Part shown: positions 10,248-19,599 of the stretch, piece after piece
Layout of the letters: each line of letters begins with the position of its first letter
How positions within the stretch are numbered: the first letter of the stretch is position 1
DNA from: Candidatus Anstonellales archaeon
GTDB lineage: Archaea; Micrarchaeota; Micrarchaeia; Anstonellales; J096
DNA length: 64,000 bases
Direction: 5' to 3'
Assembly (NCBI GenBank): GCA_038896535.1
Contig: JAWACY010000001.1
Location: forward strand, 288,001-352,000
Translations under genes and position numbers: made by a program
The notes under the pieces: model-generated
Databases searched by the model: none
Seen by the model: only the letters and a program-made list of their open reading frames with translations
What the model was told of the DNA's origin: nothing

Positions 10248-10556
10248 TTAACCAAAGAGGCTTGCTAGGCCAGCAGCTGCTTCTTCTTCTTTCTTTTCCT
10301 CTTTTTCTGCTTTCTTCTCTTCTTTTGCCTCTGTAGCACTTGCTTGCACTGGAGCAGCAACAACTGCTGCCGTTGTTGCTTCTTTTAACAGTTCATCTAT
10401 GCTAATGCCCTTTACTGCCTCTGCCAAAACCTTTGCTTTAGCTTCATCTGCTTGTAAACCAGCAGCCTTTATAACACTCAATATTTTTTCAGCACTAACA
10501 TCTTGGCCAGCGCCATATAGCAAAAGAACTGCATGTAAATATGGGTCTATTTTCAT
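10248..10556 (-). CDS. rpl12: Ribosomal stalk protein P1/L12
   Basis: YLHAVLLL, Ala-rich hinge, acidic tail ending AAAGLASLFG. Confidence 0.95.
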   Translation of the reverse strand: MKIDPYLHAVLLLYGAGQDVSAEKILSVIKAAGLQADEAKAKVLAEAVKGISIDELLKEATTAAVVAAPVQASATEAKEEKKAEKEEKKEEEAAAGLASLFG

Positions 10557-10577
10557 TTAACCACCTTTTATTTCTTT

Positions 10578-11411
10578 TTATTGTGCCACCCTCTTCTCAA
10601 CAGCATAAGCTTCTCTTATACTCTTTATAAGCAAATCTTTTATAAATGTATCACTATAAATGTTGGCATTTACACTTGCATTTTTTGCCTGCCTAATAGC
10701 ATTTATCATAATCTCTTTTATTGATATTGTACTTGGATATGATGTATTTATACTGGCATTTCTAGCTTGTCTAATGGCATGAAATATGCCATCTGCTATC
10801 TGTTCTTTTGATATAGAAAGAACATCATTAGTGTATAAGATACCATCATAAGCAAAAGTAACATTTATCCCGACTTTAAATGGTTTTATTCCGAGCATTT
10901 GTAATGCTTGTGCCTTCTCTTGTGTTATTACCTCGCCTTTTTTAACGACAATAGAGTCTTTTGCAACAACAATTTTTCCTTTTTCTATTTTTACATTCAA
11001 TCCAGCAGCCTTTAATTGTGATAAAGCAGGTCCAGGCTGCAAATCAGTTTCTCCTGCAGGCACAATAATATCGAACGGTGCTATATCTCCAGGTTTTGCA
11101 CTGACCTCAAGCTTGTTTTCGTTAAGCCTTGTATATAAATTGTAGGGCTGAGCATCTGCCAAAATAATAGCAGCAGGGTAATTTATTTCTTCTTTAATGC
11201 CAACATTCATCAAAGCCTTTGTTATAACAGCTTTTTTTACTGCTTTCATATTGCCCTTTAGATCATGTTTAACTATGCCCCTTATTTTTTGTTGCAGAAC
11301 AGCTGGCGTCTTTCTCAAGTCAAGCAGCATAAATCCTTTATAATGCTTCATCTCTTTCAATAATGCTTCAACTTCTTGCATTTTTTCTTTTATAGATTTT
11401 CTTTCTTCCAT
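10578..11411 (-). CDS. rpl10: Ribosomal protein uL10 (P0)
   Basis: AKPGDIAP.DI.VPAG.T...PGP, LQMLGIKP; L1-L10-L12 order. Confidence 0.93.
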   Translation of the reverse strand: MEERKSIKEKMQEVEALLKEMKHYKGFMLLDLRKTPAVLQQKIRGIVKHDLKGNMKAVKKAVITKALMNVGIKEEINYPAAIILADAQPYNLYTRLNENKLEVSAKPGDIAPFDIIVPAGETDLQPGPALSQLKAAGLNVKIEKGKIVVAKDSIVVKKGEVITQEKAQALQMLGIKPFKVGINVTFAYDGILYTNDVLSISKEQIADGIFHAIRQARNASINTSYPSTISIKEIMINAIRQAKNASVNANIYSDTFIKDLLIKSIREAYAVEKRVAQ

Positions 11412-11431
11412 ATAACCACCTTTACATAAAC

Positions 11432-12052
11432 TTACATAACTCTTACTGGTTTGCCCATTGTTAATTTTACATAAATACTTCTTATATTACTCTGATTAAT
11501 CTTCTTTTTTACTGCATCTATTACCGCATTAACATTTTCAACAAGCACATCAATGTTTTGGTTTTCTGTGCCAACAAGGCCCTGTACTGTTGGCAAATTT
11601 TTTCCTTTTGTAGAGATTATTGTTAAATCCCCTGCTTGTTGGAGCTGCTTCTCATTTAGCAGTGGTTTTGGTGGCTTACCTCTTTGTCCTAATATTTTAC
11701 CCCATATTTTAGCTATATTTCCTATTACTTTTGGCGAAGCATAGAATAATGAATGTTTTGCAAGTTTCTTAAGCTCTTTTTGATCAATTTTTTCAGCTTC
11801 TTGCAAGGTCAGTGCTTTTATTTCAGGCATTTTTTTCTTTAATTCATAGACAACAGCATCTTCGCCCACAAAAATAACATTGTTTTTCTTACCCCTGTCT
11901 TTTAATTGTACTTCTATATTTAATCTATTCTCGGGTTTCGACATATCAAGACGCTTGAAATTAATAATGATCTCTAAGCTTTGTACAAATTTTCTTTTGC
12001 CTTTATACTCGAGAGCTTTTTCAATAGCTTCCTTTATTTTCTCATTTGTCAT
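11432..12052 (-). CDS. rpl1: Ribosomal protein uL1
   Basis: KRKFVQSLEIIINF, GKILGQRGK.P, YVKLTMG. Confidence 0.95.
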   Translation of the reverse strand: MTNEKIKEAIEKALEYKGKRKFVQSLEIIINFKRLDMSKPENRLNIEVQLKDRGKKNNVIFVGEDAVVYELKKKMPEIKALTLQEAEKIDQKELKKLAKHSLFYASPKVIGNIAKIWGKILGQRGKPPKPLLNEKQLQQAGDLTIISTKGKNLPTVQGLVGTENQNIDVLVENVNAVIDAVKKKINQSNIRSIYVKLTMGKPVRVM

Positions 12053-12058
12053 AATAAC

Positions 12059-12087
12059 ATCCTCCCACTAATAGTGGTATAGCGGAT
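12059..12087 (-). promoter_or_regulatory. Putative uL1 autoregulatory binding site covering the rpl1 Shine-Dalgarno
   Basis: Minus strand AUCC-GCUAUA-CCACUA-U-UAGUGG-GA-GGAU: two helices around a 6x2 internal loop (GCUAUA/GA), the architecture known for L1-binding mRNA sites. Confidence 0.7.
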
Positions 12088-12133
12088 TGATTAATTTATA
12101 AATAGCAATGCAATATTTTAAAAAACCAGCAGT

Positions 12134-12526
12134 TCAACTAATTTTTGAATCAATAAGCTTTGCCCTCATCTCACCAATTTTAAAAAGCAAGTAAAAACCA
12201 GTACTAACAGCAAACCAAGAGAATAGAGCAGTAAAAAATTTTCCAAATTCAGTTTTTGGCGTAATATCACCATAACCGACTGTTAATGCAGTTGCAGTAA
12301 CGAAATAAAAGGCATCAATGAATGTCATGTTTTCAAATGTTGTGTAAAACAATATTCCAATAATATAAACAAGTAAAAATAGTAATATTGGCTTTATTAA
12401 CTCCGCTCTACTTTTTAATAATAACTTACTTTTTAATAATAATTGCCTATTTAGTTGTTTTCTTACTTCCTTATTTCCTCTATTAATGATAACGCTACTA
12501 ACTTTATAACGCTTTTTTTTGTTCAT
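12134..12526 (-). CDS. Two-TM potassium channel pore protein
   Basis: DAFYF...TVGYGDITP.T..GK selectivity filter. Confidence 0.92.
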   Translation of the reverse strand: MNKKKRYKVSSVIINRGNKEVRKQLNRQLLLKSKLLLKSRAELIKPILLFLLVYIIGILFYTTFENMTFIDAFYFVTATALTVGYGDITPKTEFGKFFTALFSWFAVSTGFYLLFKIGEMRAKLIDSKIS

Positions 12527-12955
12527 TTAAACTACCATAACATCTATTTTTCTCTTATATGCATGCATGACTTTTGTATAATCCTGAAAATGCTCTATTA
12601 AATAAAGTTCAATCTCGTAGTTTTTGCTTTCTGTATTGGGCGAGGCATAAACTCTTATAGGCACTTCTTTTTTTGATAGAGGTTTTATTAAGCCGAGTTT
12701 TGCTATTGCTTTTTTATTGCTTAATGTCGGATCAAAACCCAAAATGCCAGGGCTCTTTATTAATGCCTCAATGGACACAAGCTTTTCTTTATCAGACCTA
12801 TTTTCTACTTTTACTATTATATCAAGTGTATTATCCTTACCTTTCACTATCCTTAAAGGCAGGAGCTTATATGTAAATGAAATATCTTCCATGTTTTTAA
12901 TCAATGGATATGATTTAAAAAACTTATCTATATTTTTTATGGAAGGTGATAGCAT
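12527..12955 (-). CDS. Hypothetical beta-sandwich-like protein
   Basis: 142-aa ORF abutting the channel gene; start may be the internal MEDISF. Confidence 0.65.
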   Translation of the reverse strand: MLSPSIKNIDKFFKSYPLIKNMEDISFTYKLLPLRIVKGKDNTLDIIVKVENRSDKEKLVSIEALIKSPGILGFDPTLSNKKAIAKLGLIKPLSKKEVPIRVYASPNTESKNYEIELYLIEHFQDYTKVMHAYKRKIDVMVV

Positions 12956-13100
12956 GCAACCATTCTATATGAAACCAAGAAAAGATGAAGAGGAAGAAGA
13001 AGATGAAGAAGAATGGGAAGACGAAGATGAAGAAGAATGGGAGGAAGAGGAAGAAGAAGAGGAAGAAGAAGATGAAGAAGAGTGGGAAGACGAAGAATAA
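12954..13100 (+). CDS. Extremely acidic 48-aa Glu/Asp/Trp peptide
   Basis: GGAAGGTGAT SD before ATG; MQPFYMKPRK followed only by D, E and W; mixed synonymous codons; tandem TAA TAA stop. Confidence 0.65.
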   Translation: MQPFYMKPRKDEEEEEDEEEWEDEDEEEWEEEEEEEEEEDEEEWEDEE

Positions 13101-13130
13101 TAAAAACTACAAAAACATGAATAATATAAG

Positions 13131-13204
13131 TGGACTCTGGGGGATTTGAACCCCCGGCCTCTCCATTGCGAATGGAGCGCTCTGCCAGTCTGAGCTAAGA
13201 GCCC
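13131..13204 (-). tRNA. tRNA-Ala(CGC)
   Basis: Acceptor GGGCTCT/AGAGTCC with G3:U70; anticodon arm CTCCA-TT[CGC]AA-TGGAG; T-loop TTCAAAT. Confidence 0.95.
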
Positions 13205-13411
13205 AATTTGTTTATTTTTTATCGCCAACCATTTTTATGATTTTTTTATGTATTATTGTTTTTATTATGCATTTGTTTTAAATTGTTATTTAATTGTTTA
13301 ATTTTTTATCTATCATTTAATTTTTAATTAGCATTTTTTACCTTTTTTAATGGCCTTTTAGAAGAGCGATAAGTTTATAAATGCAGAGATGAAAGATTTT
13401 AGGGTGGGCAT

Positions 13412-13747
13412 ATGAAAGAGAGAAAAATAAGGTTTATAACAAAAGAACAATTACTAGAAATCATAGAAAACAGAGAAAATGTTAAAATTGTTGAAGTACT
13501 TTCACATGAAGAATATAAAAGGGGGCATATTCCAGGGGCTATTAATATTCCACTAACTCAGATAGAAGAAAAGGCACCTGCATTATTGAGAAAAGACGAA
13601 AAGATTGTCGTTTATTGTGCCAGTTATGAGTGCCATGCCAGTACAAATGCAGCAAAAAAATTATTGAGTATGGGCTATAAAAAAGTCTTTGATTATAAAG
13701 GAGGAAAAAGAGATTGGATGTCAGCAGGTTTGGATATTGAACAATAA
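13412..13747 (+). CDS. Rhodanese-like domain protein
   Basis: EEYKRGHIPGAINIP, VVYCAS, YKGG..DW. Confidence 0.9.
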   Translation: MKERKIRFITKEQLLEIIENRENVKIVEVLSHEEYKRGHIPGAINIPLTQIEEKAPALLRKDEKIVVYCASYECHASTNAAKKLLSMGYKKVFDYKGGKRDWMSAGLDIEQ

Positions 13748-13758
13748 TGCAAAAGTCA

Positions 13759-14736
13759 TTACTTCCAATTTGGACATATTAAATAAAAAGATTCGAACGG
13801 CGTATAAATAAATGACAATAATTGGCTATTTGATATGACATCAATGATTACTTGTACATTTTGTGCATTTTCTTTTATTTTCTGATCTGAATCTTTTTCA
13901 AGGCTTACGATAACTTTTGCATTATCAATGTCTATCATTTTTAGCTTTATTATTTTTCCGTCATTAAATTTTATTTCTCTTTCTTTATATCCAAGTTCTA
14001 ATGATTCAAAAGGAAATAATTTAAGCACTCCAAGGCTATAAATTATTCTATTTATTGTCTTATAACGTTCATCAACGACAATAAGGTTTGCATAATCTTC
14101 TCTTAAAAAGAATAGTACATCAAATTGATCAAACCTTCTAGTAAACCACCTTGTCTTTATAATTTTTCTTATACATTGTTCGTATTTACATATATTGTAT
14201 TCATAACCATTGTTAACTGCAATGGGCGCATTGAATGTTGCAGCATAATAAAAAGCATTTCTTTTACCATAAAATACATGTATTTTTGCTGGATTTTCAT
14301 ATATTATGTAAAAACCTTGCTCAACTTCTTTTGTTGAGTGTATAAATACTATGTTTTTTATCCCTTCTCCAATCTTTAAATTTTCTGGCATTTTTTTATA
14401 TTCATCAAGCAGAGCAGAAGCAGTATTAGTAATAATAAAATCTTTTGATACATAAAAAGCACATAGCCTTTCTTTAAGCCAGCATTCTAAAAGTTTAGAA
14501 TGATCTGCCTCTGCTGTCTTTAATTTATCATCTTCCAGTTTTGATATAAAAACAGGCTCATTCGTATAAGCATCATTTAAGGGTTTTGAAATTCTTCTTT
14601 CGTATAAAGGCTTTTGCATGTGAAGAAATTTTATATTTGGCAAGCAGGAATTGAACATGGAAAAAATAAATGGCAAAGTAAGGGCCATGTTACTTATCTT
14701 TTTTGTTTTCATGTTATGCACATTTACTATACCCAC
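13759..14736 (-). CDS. Hypothetical protein
   Basis: 325-aa ORF directly downstream of nrdJb; basic then hydrophobic N-terminus ending in Cys. Confidence 0.6.
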   Translation of the reverse strand: MGIVNVHNMKTKKISNMALTLPFIFSMFNSCLPNIKFLHMQKPLYERRISKPLNDAYTNEPVFISKLEDDKLKTAEADHSKLLECWLKERLCAFYVSKDFIITNTASALLDEYKKMPENLKIGEGIKNIVFIHSTKEVEQGFYIIYENPAKIHVFYGKRNAFYYAATFNAPIAVNNGYEYNICKYEQCIRKIIKTRWFTRRFDQFDVLFFLREDYANLIVVDERYKTINRIIYSLGVLKLFPFESLELGYKEREIKFNDGKIIKLKMIDIDNAKVIVSLEKDSDQKIKENAQNVQVIIDVISNSQLLSFIYTPFESFYLICPNWK

Positions 14737-15334
14737 AGTCTGGGTTTAAGCACGTTTCACAGCCAGCTTCCAATTTCAATGTTTTTTGATTACATTTTGG
14801 ACAGAATTTTAATAAGTCATTTTCTATTTTTTTATTTTCTTCTTGTTGCAATACAATTGTTGGTAAAGGCATTTGTTTTATCTCTTTTTCTTCCCTTCTC
14901 TTTAAAATGCCAATATCATAGAAAAATTGTTCAAGTACATCTGCTATTTCAGCATACATTGATGGAATGTATTTTCCATTTTTGTAATAACCGCCATTTG
15001 GATCATATATACCTCTCAGCTCTTCGATTATGAATGTTGGGTCTTCGCTCCTTCTAAATATTGCTGATATTAACCTCGTAAGCATTGCATATTCAGCTGC
15101 CTTTGTTAAATCTTTGCTGTTTATGAAAATTTCAAAAGGCCTCCTTTTGCCGTTTTCATCTATGGTATAGCTCAATGATATGTATATTGCATAATTAACA
15201 AATGATGATTTTAGCTTGTATATTTTTGCATCAAGCATATATGGCCTTTCTTCCTTTTTTGCTTTTATAACCTCTGGCGTTTTTACCTTTACTAATTCTT
15301 TAACAAAAATTTGTTCTTCATCTAGTTCTATCAT
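14714..15334 (-). CDS. nrdJb: Class II ribonucleotide reductase small subunit (NrdJb/TSCPD-like with C-terminal Cys cluster)
   Basis: RPFEIFINSK, LTRLISAIFR, CPKC...GCETC..CGYSKC; start 15334 follows a GGTGGT SD. Confidence 0.82.
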   Translation of the reverse strand: MIELDEEQIFVKELVKVKTPEVIKAKKEERPYMLDAKIYKLKSSFVNYAIYISLSYTIDENGKRRPFEIFINSKDLTKAAEYAMLTRLISAIFRRSEDPTFIIEELRGIYDPNGGYYKNGKYIPSMYAEIADVLEQFFYDIGILKRREEKEIKQMPLPTIVLQQEENKKIENDLLKFCPKCNQKTLKLEAGCETCLNPDCGYSKCA

Positions 15335-15353
15335 AATACCACCAATATAAATG

Positions 15354-17864
15354 CTAACTTGCTTCTTTAAATATGCCATTTTTAATGCCATGATATAAAG
15401 TTATCAGTTTTCCAGAAGGCAAAACAAGTATTTCATCACCTTTTACTACATACTCTTTTCCATCAACATTTATCTTAAACTTTTTATCTTTAAACTCTTG
15501 GAATTCAGTCTTTTTACCGATAGTTGATAATATTGGAAATCTGCTTCCTTCTCTATAAACTGTTATGCCTTTCAACCTCTTTTTCCATGCTTGTATATAT
15601 ATTTCAGATATTGTTTCTGGTTCTATTTCCTCTGGCAGATTTACTGTTGAGCTTATGCTATGGTCAATGTATTTTTGTGCCGTGCTTTGTATTTCGACCC
15701 TCTTTATATAATCTATTGTATGGGCTGTTTTAAGCATATAAGAGGGAAGCAATTTTTTCAATTCCTCTTCTGTTGATTCTTGAGCTACATCTCCAAGGCC
15801 TTTCATGTCTAAATAAGCTTGTACTGTTGAATGGAATATTCTAAATATTTTATTATCAGCTATGCTTTCACTTCTCCTATTATAGTATAGAGCAAATATT
15901 GGCTCTATGCCCCCGCTTACGCCTATATAATTTTTTCCATTGTATTCAAAGCTTTTTATTGCATTGCTTATAGTGCCAGTCGGTGCTATGCTTAATATTG
16001 CTATATTTCTAAGCCCGTATTTTTTTATTATCTTCTTTGTTTCTTCAGTAAGTGCTTGTTTGAAAAATGGGTTTTTTGAATATGCGTCATAGTTAAATAT
16101 AGGACTTTGCCCCTTTTCATATGCTAATTTAGCTGAGCTTTGGTATGCTATGTTTGCAATTCTTTTCATTATTTCTTCTAATAAGTTTAATGCTTGTTCA
16201 GAATCATAAGCAATGCCCAACTCATTAAACATATCTGCAATGCCCATAACGCCTATGCCTTGCCTTCTTGTGCTTTTTGCTGCTTCTCTTTGTTTTTCAA
16301 GTGGATTTAAGTAAATGTTCCATTCTATTGCGTTATCTATTGCCCTTTGCAAAGTTTCAACAGCCCTTTCGAGTTTTTTCCAATCGATTTTTGCTTTTTC
16401 AGAATATGGGGAGATAACAAATCTGCTTAAATTAATACTTCCGAGGTTGCATGCCCCGCCATCTTCTAAAGGCACTTCTGCGCAAGGGTTAGTGCATATT
16501 ATAGGATTGCCAACATAATCACTAGGGCTATATTCTTTCATTACATCCCAGAAAATAATGCCAGGCTCTGCTGTTTTATAATTTCCTTCAATGATCATGT
16601 TCCATATTTTTCTTGCTTTGACAAGCCTTTTTATGATTCCGCATTCATTGCTAGAGAAAAATAATAGAAAGTCTCCTGCCTGTCTTATTGCAAAATCAAA
16701 TTCAAAGTTTGTCTCTATTATATAATCGCCATAAATATCTCTTTTGTATGCATCTTTTAGTTCATTTTCATTTATGCTATATCCGTAATCAGATAAGAAT
16801 TCATTGATTTCCTGTATTGTTTTTGCTTGGAATATAAGCTCATAATTGTTAATATTTTTGCTCGGCATTTTATCGCTATAATGTAATTTACCATCCTGCT
16901 TCATATCCATGATCTTTCCTTTTTCATATTTTTTATATACCAAGTATGCATTTCCATAATTATTTTGCTCCACAACTGCATTCATGAATTCATCAGTAAT
17001 TTTTATACTAATGTTAGCAAACCTAACTTGTGTGTTCTCAACAACTATTGTTTTTATCTTTTCAAGTAAATCTTTTTGTATGTCAGTTGTCCATGATATC
17101 TGATTTATTATCTGGTTTGATACCCAATTTGGTTCATGCTTGACTTTTATGAATCTCTCTATGTCGGGATGTTTAACATGTATTGTGAGCATCAATGCCC
17201 CTCTTCTCCCGCTTTGTCCTATAAGTCCTGTTGTTAAGCTGTATAGCTCCATAAAACTTACTGCCCCAGTGCTTTTGTCAGCAGCATTATGCACTATGCT
17301 ATCAGCAGGCCTTAATGGTGTTATGTCAATGCCTATTCCGCCGCCATAGCTATAAGTCCTTGCTGCTTCATAAGCTGCTTTGTATATGCTTTCTATATTA
17401 TCCTCTTCAATTGCAGTAACAAAGCAGTTTGCCAATGTCTTTAATCTATATAGATCGCCTGCCCCGGCTATTATTCTCCCTCCAGGAAGCCACAAGCCAT
17501 CAAAAAGTTCAATATAAAATCTCTCAGCCCATGCCATTGCTTTCTCCTCATCTTCAACTGCAGCAAGAAAAGCGGCTAATCTTATAAAAACGTCTTCTGG
17601 CCTCTTTTCTATGATATTTTCTTCAAGGTCTTTTAGGAAGTATTTTTTCTTATATATATTAATAGCAAGTTCATTATTTCCCAAATAATCTGGATGAGAG
17701 GGCAGCATATTGCTCATTAATTTCTCTCTTAAATAAACATAAAGTTTTTTATACATCTCAAGGAATTTTTGTGGCACTTTATCATGGAGTTTTCCCTTAT
17801 AAGAAAACATATGCTCTATTTCATCTGGCAAAATCTTTTCATTAATCTTCAATGCTTGTTCCAT
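15354..17864 (-). CDS. nrdJa: Adenosylcobalamin-dependent (class II) ribonucleotide reductase, large subunit
   Basis: PGGRI, ANCFV, GGGIG, RRGALM, TNPCAE, ACNLGSINL, APTGTIS, SSTVNLP, KGITVYR. Confidence 0.9.
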   Translation of the reverse strand: MEQALKINEKILPDEIEHMFSYKGKLHDKVPQKFLEMYKKLYVYLREKLMSNMLPSHPDYLGNNELAINIYKKKYFLKDLEENIIEKRPEDVFIRLAAFLAAVEDEEKAMAWAERFYIELFDGLWLPGGRIIAGAGDLYRLKTLANCFVTAIEEDNIESIYKAAYEAARTYSYGGGIGIDITPLRPADSIVHNAADKSTGAVSFMELYSLTTGLIGQSGRRGALMLTIHVKHPDIERFIKVKHEPNWVSNQIINQISWTTDIQKDLLEKIKTIVVENTQVRFANISIKITDEFMNAVVEQNNYGNAYLVYKKYEKGKIMDMKQDGKLHYSDKMPSKNINNYELIFQAKTIQEINEFLSDYGYSINENELKDAYKRDIYGDYIIETNFEFDFAIRQAGDFLLFFSSNECGIIKRLVKARKIWNMIIEGNYKTAEPGIIFWDVMKEYSPSDYVGNPIICTNPCAEVPLEDGGACNLGSINLSRFVISPYSEKAKIDWKKLERAVETLQRAIDNAIEWNIYLNPLEKQREAAKSTRRQGIGVMGIADMFNELGIAYDSEQALNLLEEIMKRIANIAYQSSAKLAYEKGQSPIFNYDAYSKNPFFKQALTEETKKIIKKYGLRNIAILSIAPTGTISNAIKSFEYNGKNYIGVSGGIEPIFALYYNRRSESIADNKIFRIFHSTVQAYLDMKGLGDVAQESTEEELKKLLPSYMLKTAHTIDYIKRVEIQSTAQKYIDHSISSTVNLPEEIEPETISEIYIQAWKKRLKGITVYREGSRFPILSTIGKKTEFQEFKDKKFKINVDGKEYVVKGDEILVLPSGKLITLYHGIKNGIFKEAS

Positions 17865-17957
17865 AAAACCACCAAACCATTTTATAATTAAATAGTTAAA
17901 AATCTTTTGCTATTCTTTTGCTATTTTTTATTTTTTTTATTTTTTCTTTCATTAATA

Positions 17958-18461
17958 TCAATTTAATCTGTTTAATCTCGCTATTATAGAGCCCTGAATT
18001 GAAAAGCCGTCATTATTGCAGTTATTTTCTATGCAAGGGCTATAATAAATTATGATTTTCATTGATACAATATCCCTTGCACTTATGTTCAATTTTCCAG
18101 TTTTTGATATTAAAAATGGGCTATCTGCTTCTATTAAACCATTATTGTTTATCTCATTATTATTTATTATTAAATAACCGCCCTCATGGAATATTGTTAT
18201 ATTTGTTATATTTATCTTATGCCCAAAGTTATTAGTCAAATTTATAATAATATTTTCTTCTATGCCAGAGCCAGTCTTTTTTGCTGATACAAAAAATCCA
18301 TTGCATATAACCTGCTTTGGGAATATACACTGCTCTGGTATTGTTGGGGAAAATGATGTTGAATAAAATGCCAATATTGCGATAATAATCACTAAAGCTG
18401 CAATTGCCCATCCATATGTCATTAAATATTCAACTGCTGCTTGGCCCATTCTTTTTTGCAT
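17958..18461 (-). CDS. Type IV pilin-like protein with class III signal peptide
   Basis: KRMG/QAAVEYLMTYGWAI: basic leader, G-Q cleavage, Glu at +5, hydrophobic helix. Confidence 0.82.
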   Translation of the reverse strand: MQKRMGQAAVEYLMTYGWAIAALVIIIAILAFYSTSFSPTIPEQCIFPKQVICNGFFVSAKKTGSGIEENIIINLTNNFGHKINITNITIFHEGGYLIINNNEINNNGLIEADSPFLISKTGKLNISARDIVSMKIIIYYSPCIENNCNNDGFSIQGSIIARLNRLN

Positions 18462-18509
18462 AATGAAATATTAGCATTGTTTTTTAATTATTTACTTACA
18501 AATAAATTA

Positions 18510-19406
18510 ATGAATGCGATCTTAATGAGATATGAAGAGCTAAGCAGGAAACAAAAAGAGGATGTTGTTGCTCTATATAATAGAAAATGGGCTTCAAGGG
18601 AAGTATTAAAAAAAGCTCAAAGTAAAACACAAACATTTGGCGAGAAAGCATTATCTGAAATGCTAGGCATAAAATTACTTGAAAAGAATGTGCAATATTT
18701 TGATGAGCGCTCTTTGTATTTTCCTGAAGGCCAGCTTGTTGCTGTGGAAAATGGGGAAATAAAAGCTGCTTTAACAACAATTCCATCTATACTTGATATA
18801 GCATCATTGCTTGAGAAGCAAGAAAATGCATATAATAGATTGCATGAATATGAAAATATCTATGACTTTAGGAATGATCTTAATAAAGAGAGAGTAATAT
18901 ATTGCATATCAATAATAGGGGAAGATGCTTATGCTAAAATGTTACTTAATGAAATAAGGAATATTGGCTTAAATATTGGTTTTTTTGTAATGCCATTTAG
19001 TGCACCAAGAAGTTTAAGATTTTATTTTGACAGAAAACCAGAAGAATGGGAAGTGAAAAAATACTTATATACAACAAGAAAAATGAACGAGCAAGAATTT
19101 TATAAATGGCAACAAATAAAAAAAGCACTAATAGAAAAGCTTTATCATAAATTTATAAAGAAACCGGATAACATATTTTTGACTTCTGAATTTTTTAAAT
19201 GGTTTTATGACTCATATGGAAAAGAGCCAACATTAAGGGATGTTATGATTTATTTTGATGAGAGACCAATTGACTTTACATTAGCTTTTCATATGATGAA
19301 AGGAGCAAATTTGTTTTATTTCAATGGCCGGCCAGTTATATTAAAAAATTCAAGGCCAGAAGATGTTATGGCGCACGGCTATAACATGTTGCTTATATAT
19401 GATTAA
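18510..19406 (+). CDS. GNAT-fold protein (YkwB-like)
   Basis: FPEGQLVAVENGEI and D..LAFH..KGA...NSRPED...GY..L motifs recalled from this GNAT subgroup. Confidence 0.55.
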   Translation: MNAILMRYEELSRKQKEDVVALYNRKWASREVLKKAQSKTQTFGEKALSEMLGIKLLEKNVQYFDERSLYFPEGQLVAVENGEIKAALTTIPSILDIASLLEKQENAYNRLHEYENIYDFRNDLNKERVIYCISIIGEDAYAKMLLNEIRNIGLNIGFFVMPFSAPRSLRFYFDRKPEEWEVKKYLYTTRKMNEQEFYKWQQIKKALIEKLYHKFIKKPDNIFLTSEFFKWFYDSYGKEPTLRDVMIYFDERPIDFTLAFHMMKGANLFYFNGRPVILKNSRPEDVMAHGYNMLLIYD

Positions 19407-19408
19407 AA

Positions 19409-19481
19409 TGGGAGAGCCCGGATTTGAACCGGGATCACAAGCTCCCAAAGCTCGCAGGCTACCAGATTACCCCACTCTCCC
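19409..19481 (-). tRNA. tRNA-Pro(TGG)
   Basis: Acceptor GGGAGAG/CTCTCCC, anticodon arm CGAGC-TT[TGG]GA-GCTTG, T-arm CCCGG-TTCAAAT-CCGGG. Confidence 0.95.
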
Positions 19482-19599
19482 TTTTACTTTTTAATTTATC
19501 AATACATTTTTTATATTATAATGCTTTTGTTTTTAATTTAATATAACTGCAATAGCATTTTCAATAACATTTTTAAAATCTACTTATATAAATATTAAT

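Noticed and set aside
12965..13228. Poly-Ser ORF
   Set aside because: Antisense shadow of the acidic peptide, running through tRNA-Ala
16630..16970. Intein in NrdJ
   Set aside because: No C/S...HN-C/S/T splice junction or LAGLIDADG motif seen
17958..18461. Pilin as part of the VirB4-like system
   Set aside because: It lies 25 kb away and is a class III (type IV) pilin, which uses a different assembly ATPase; no linkage evidence
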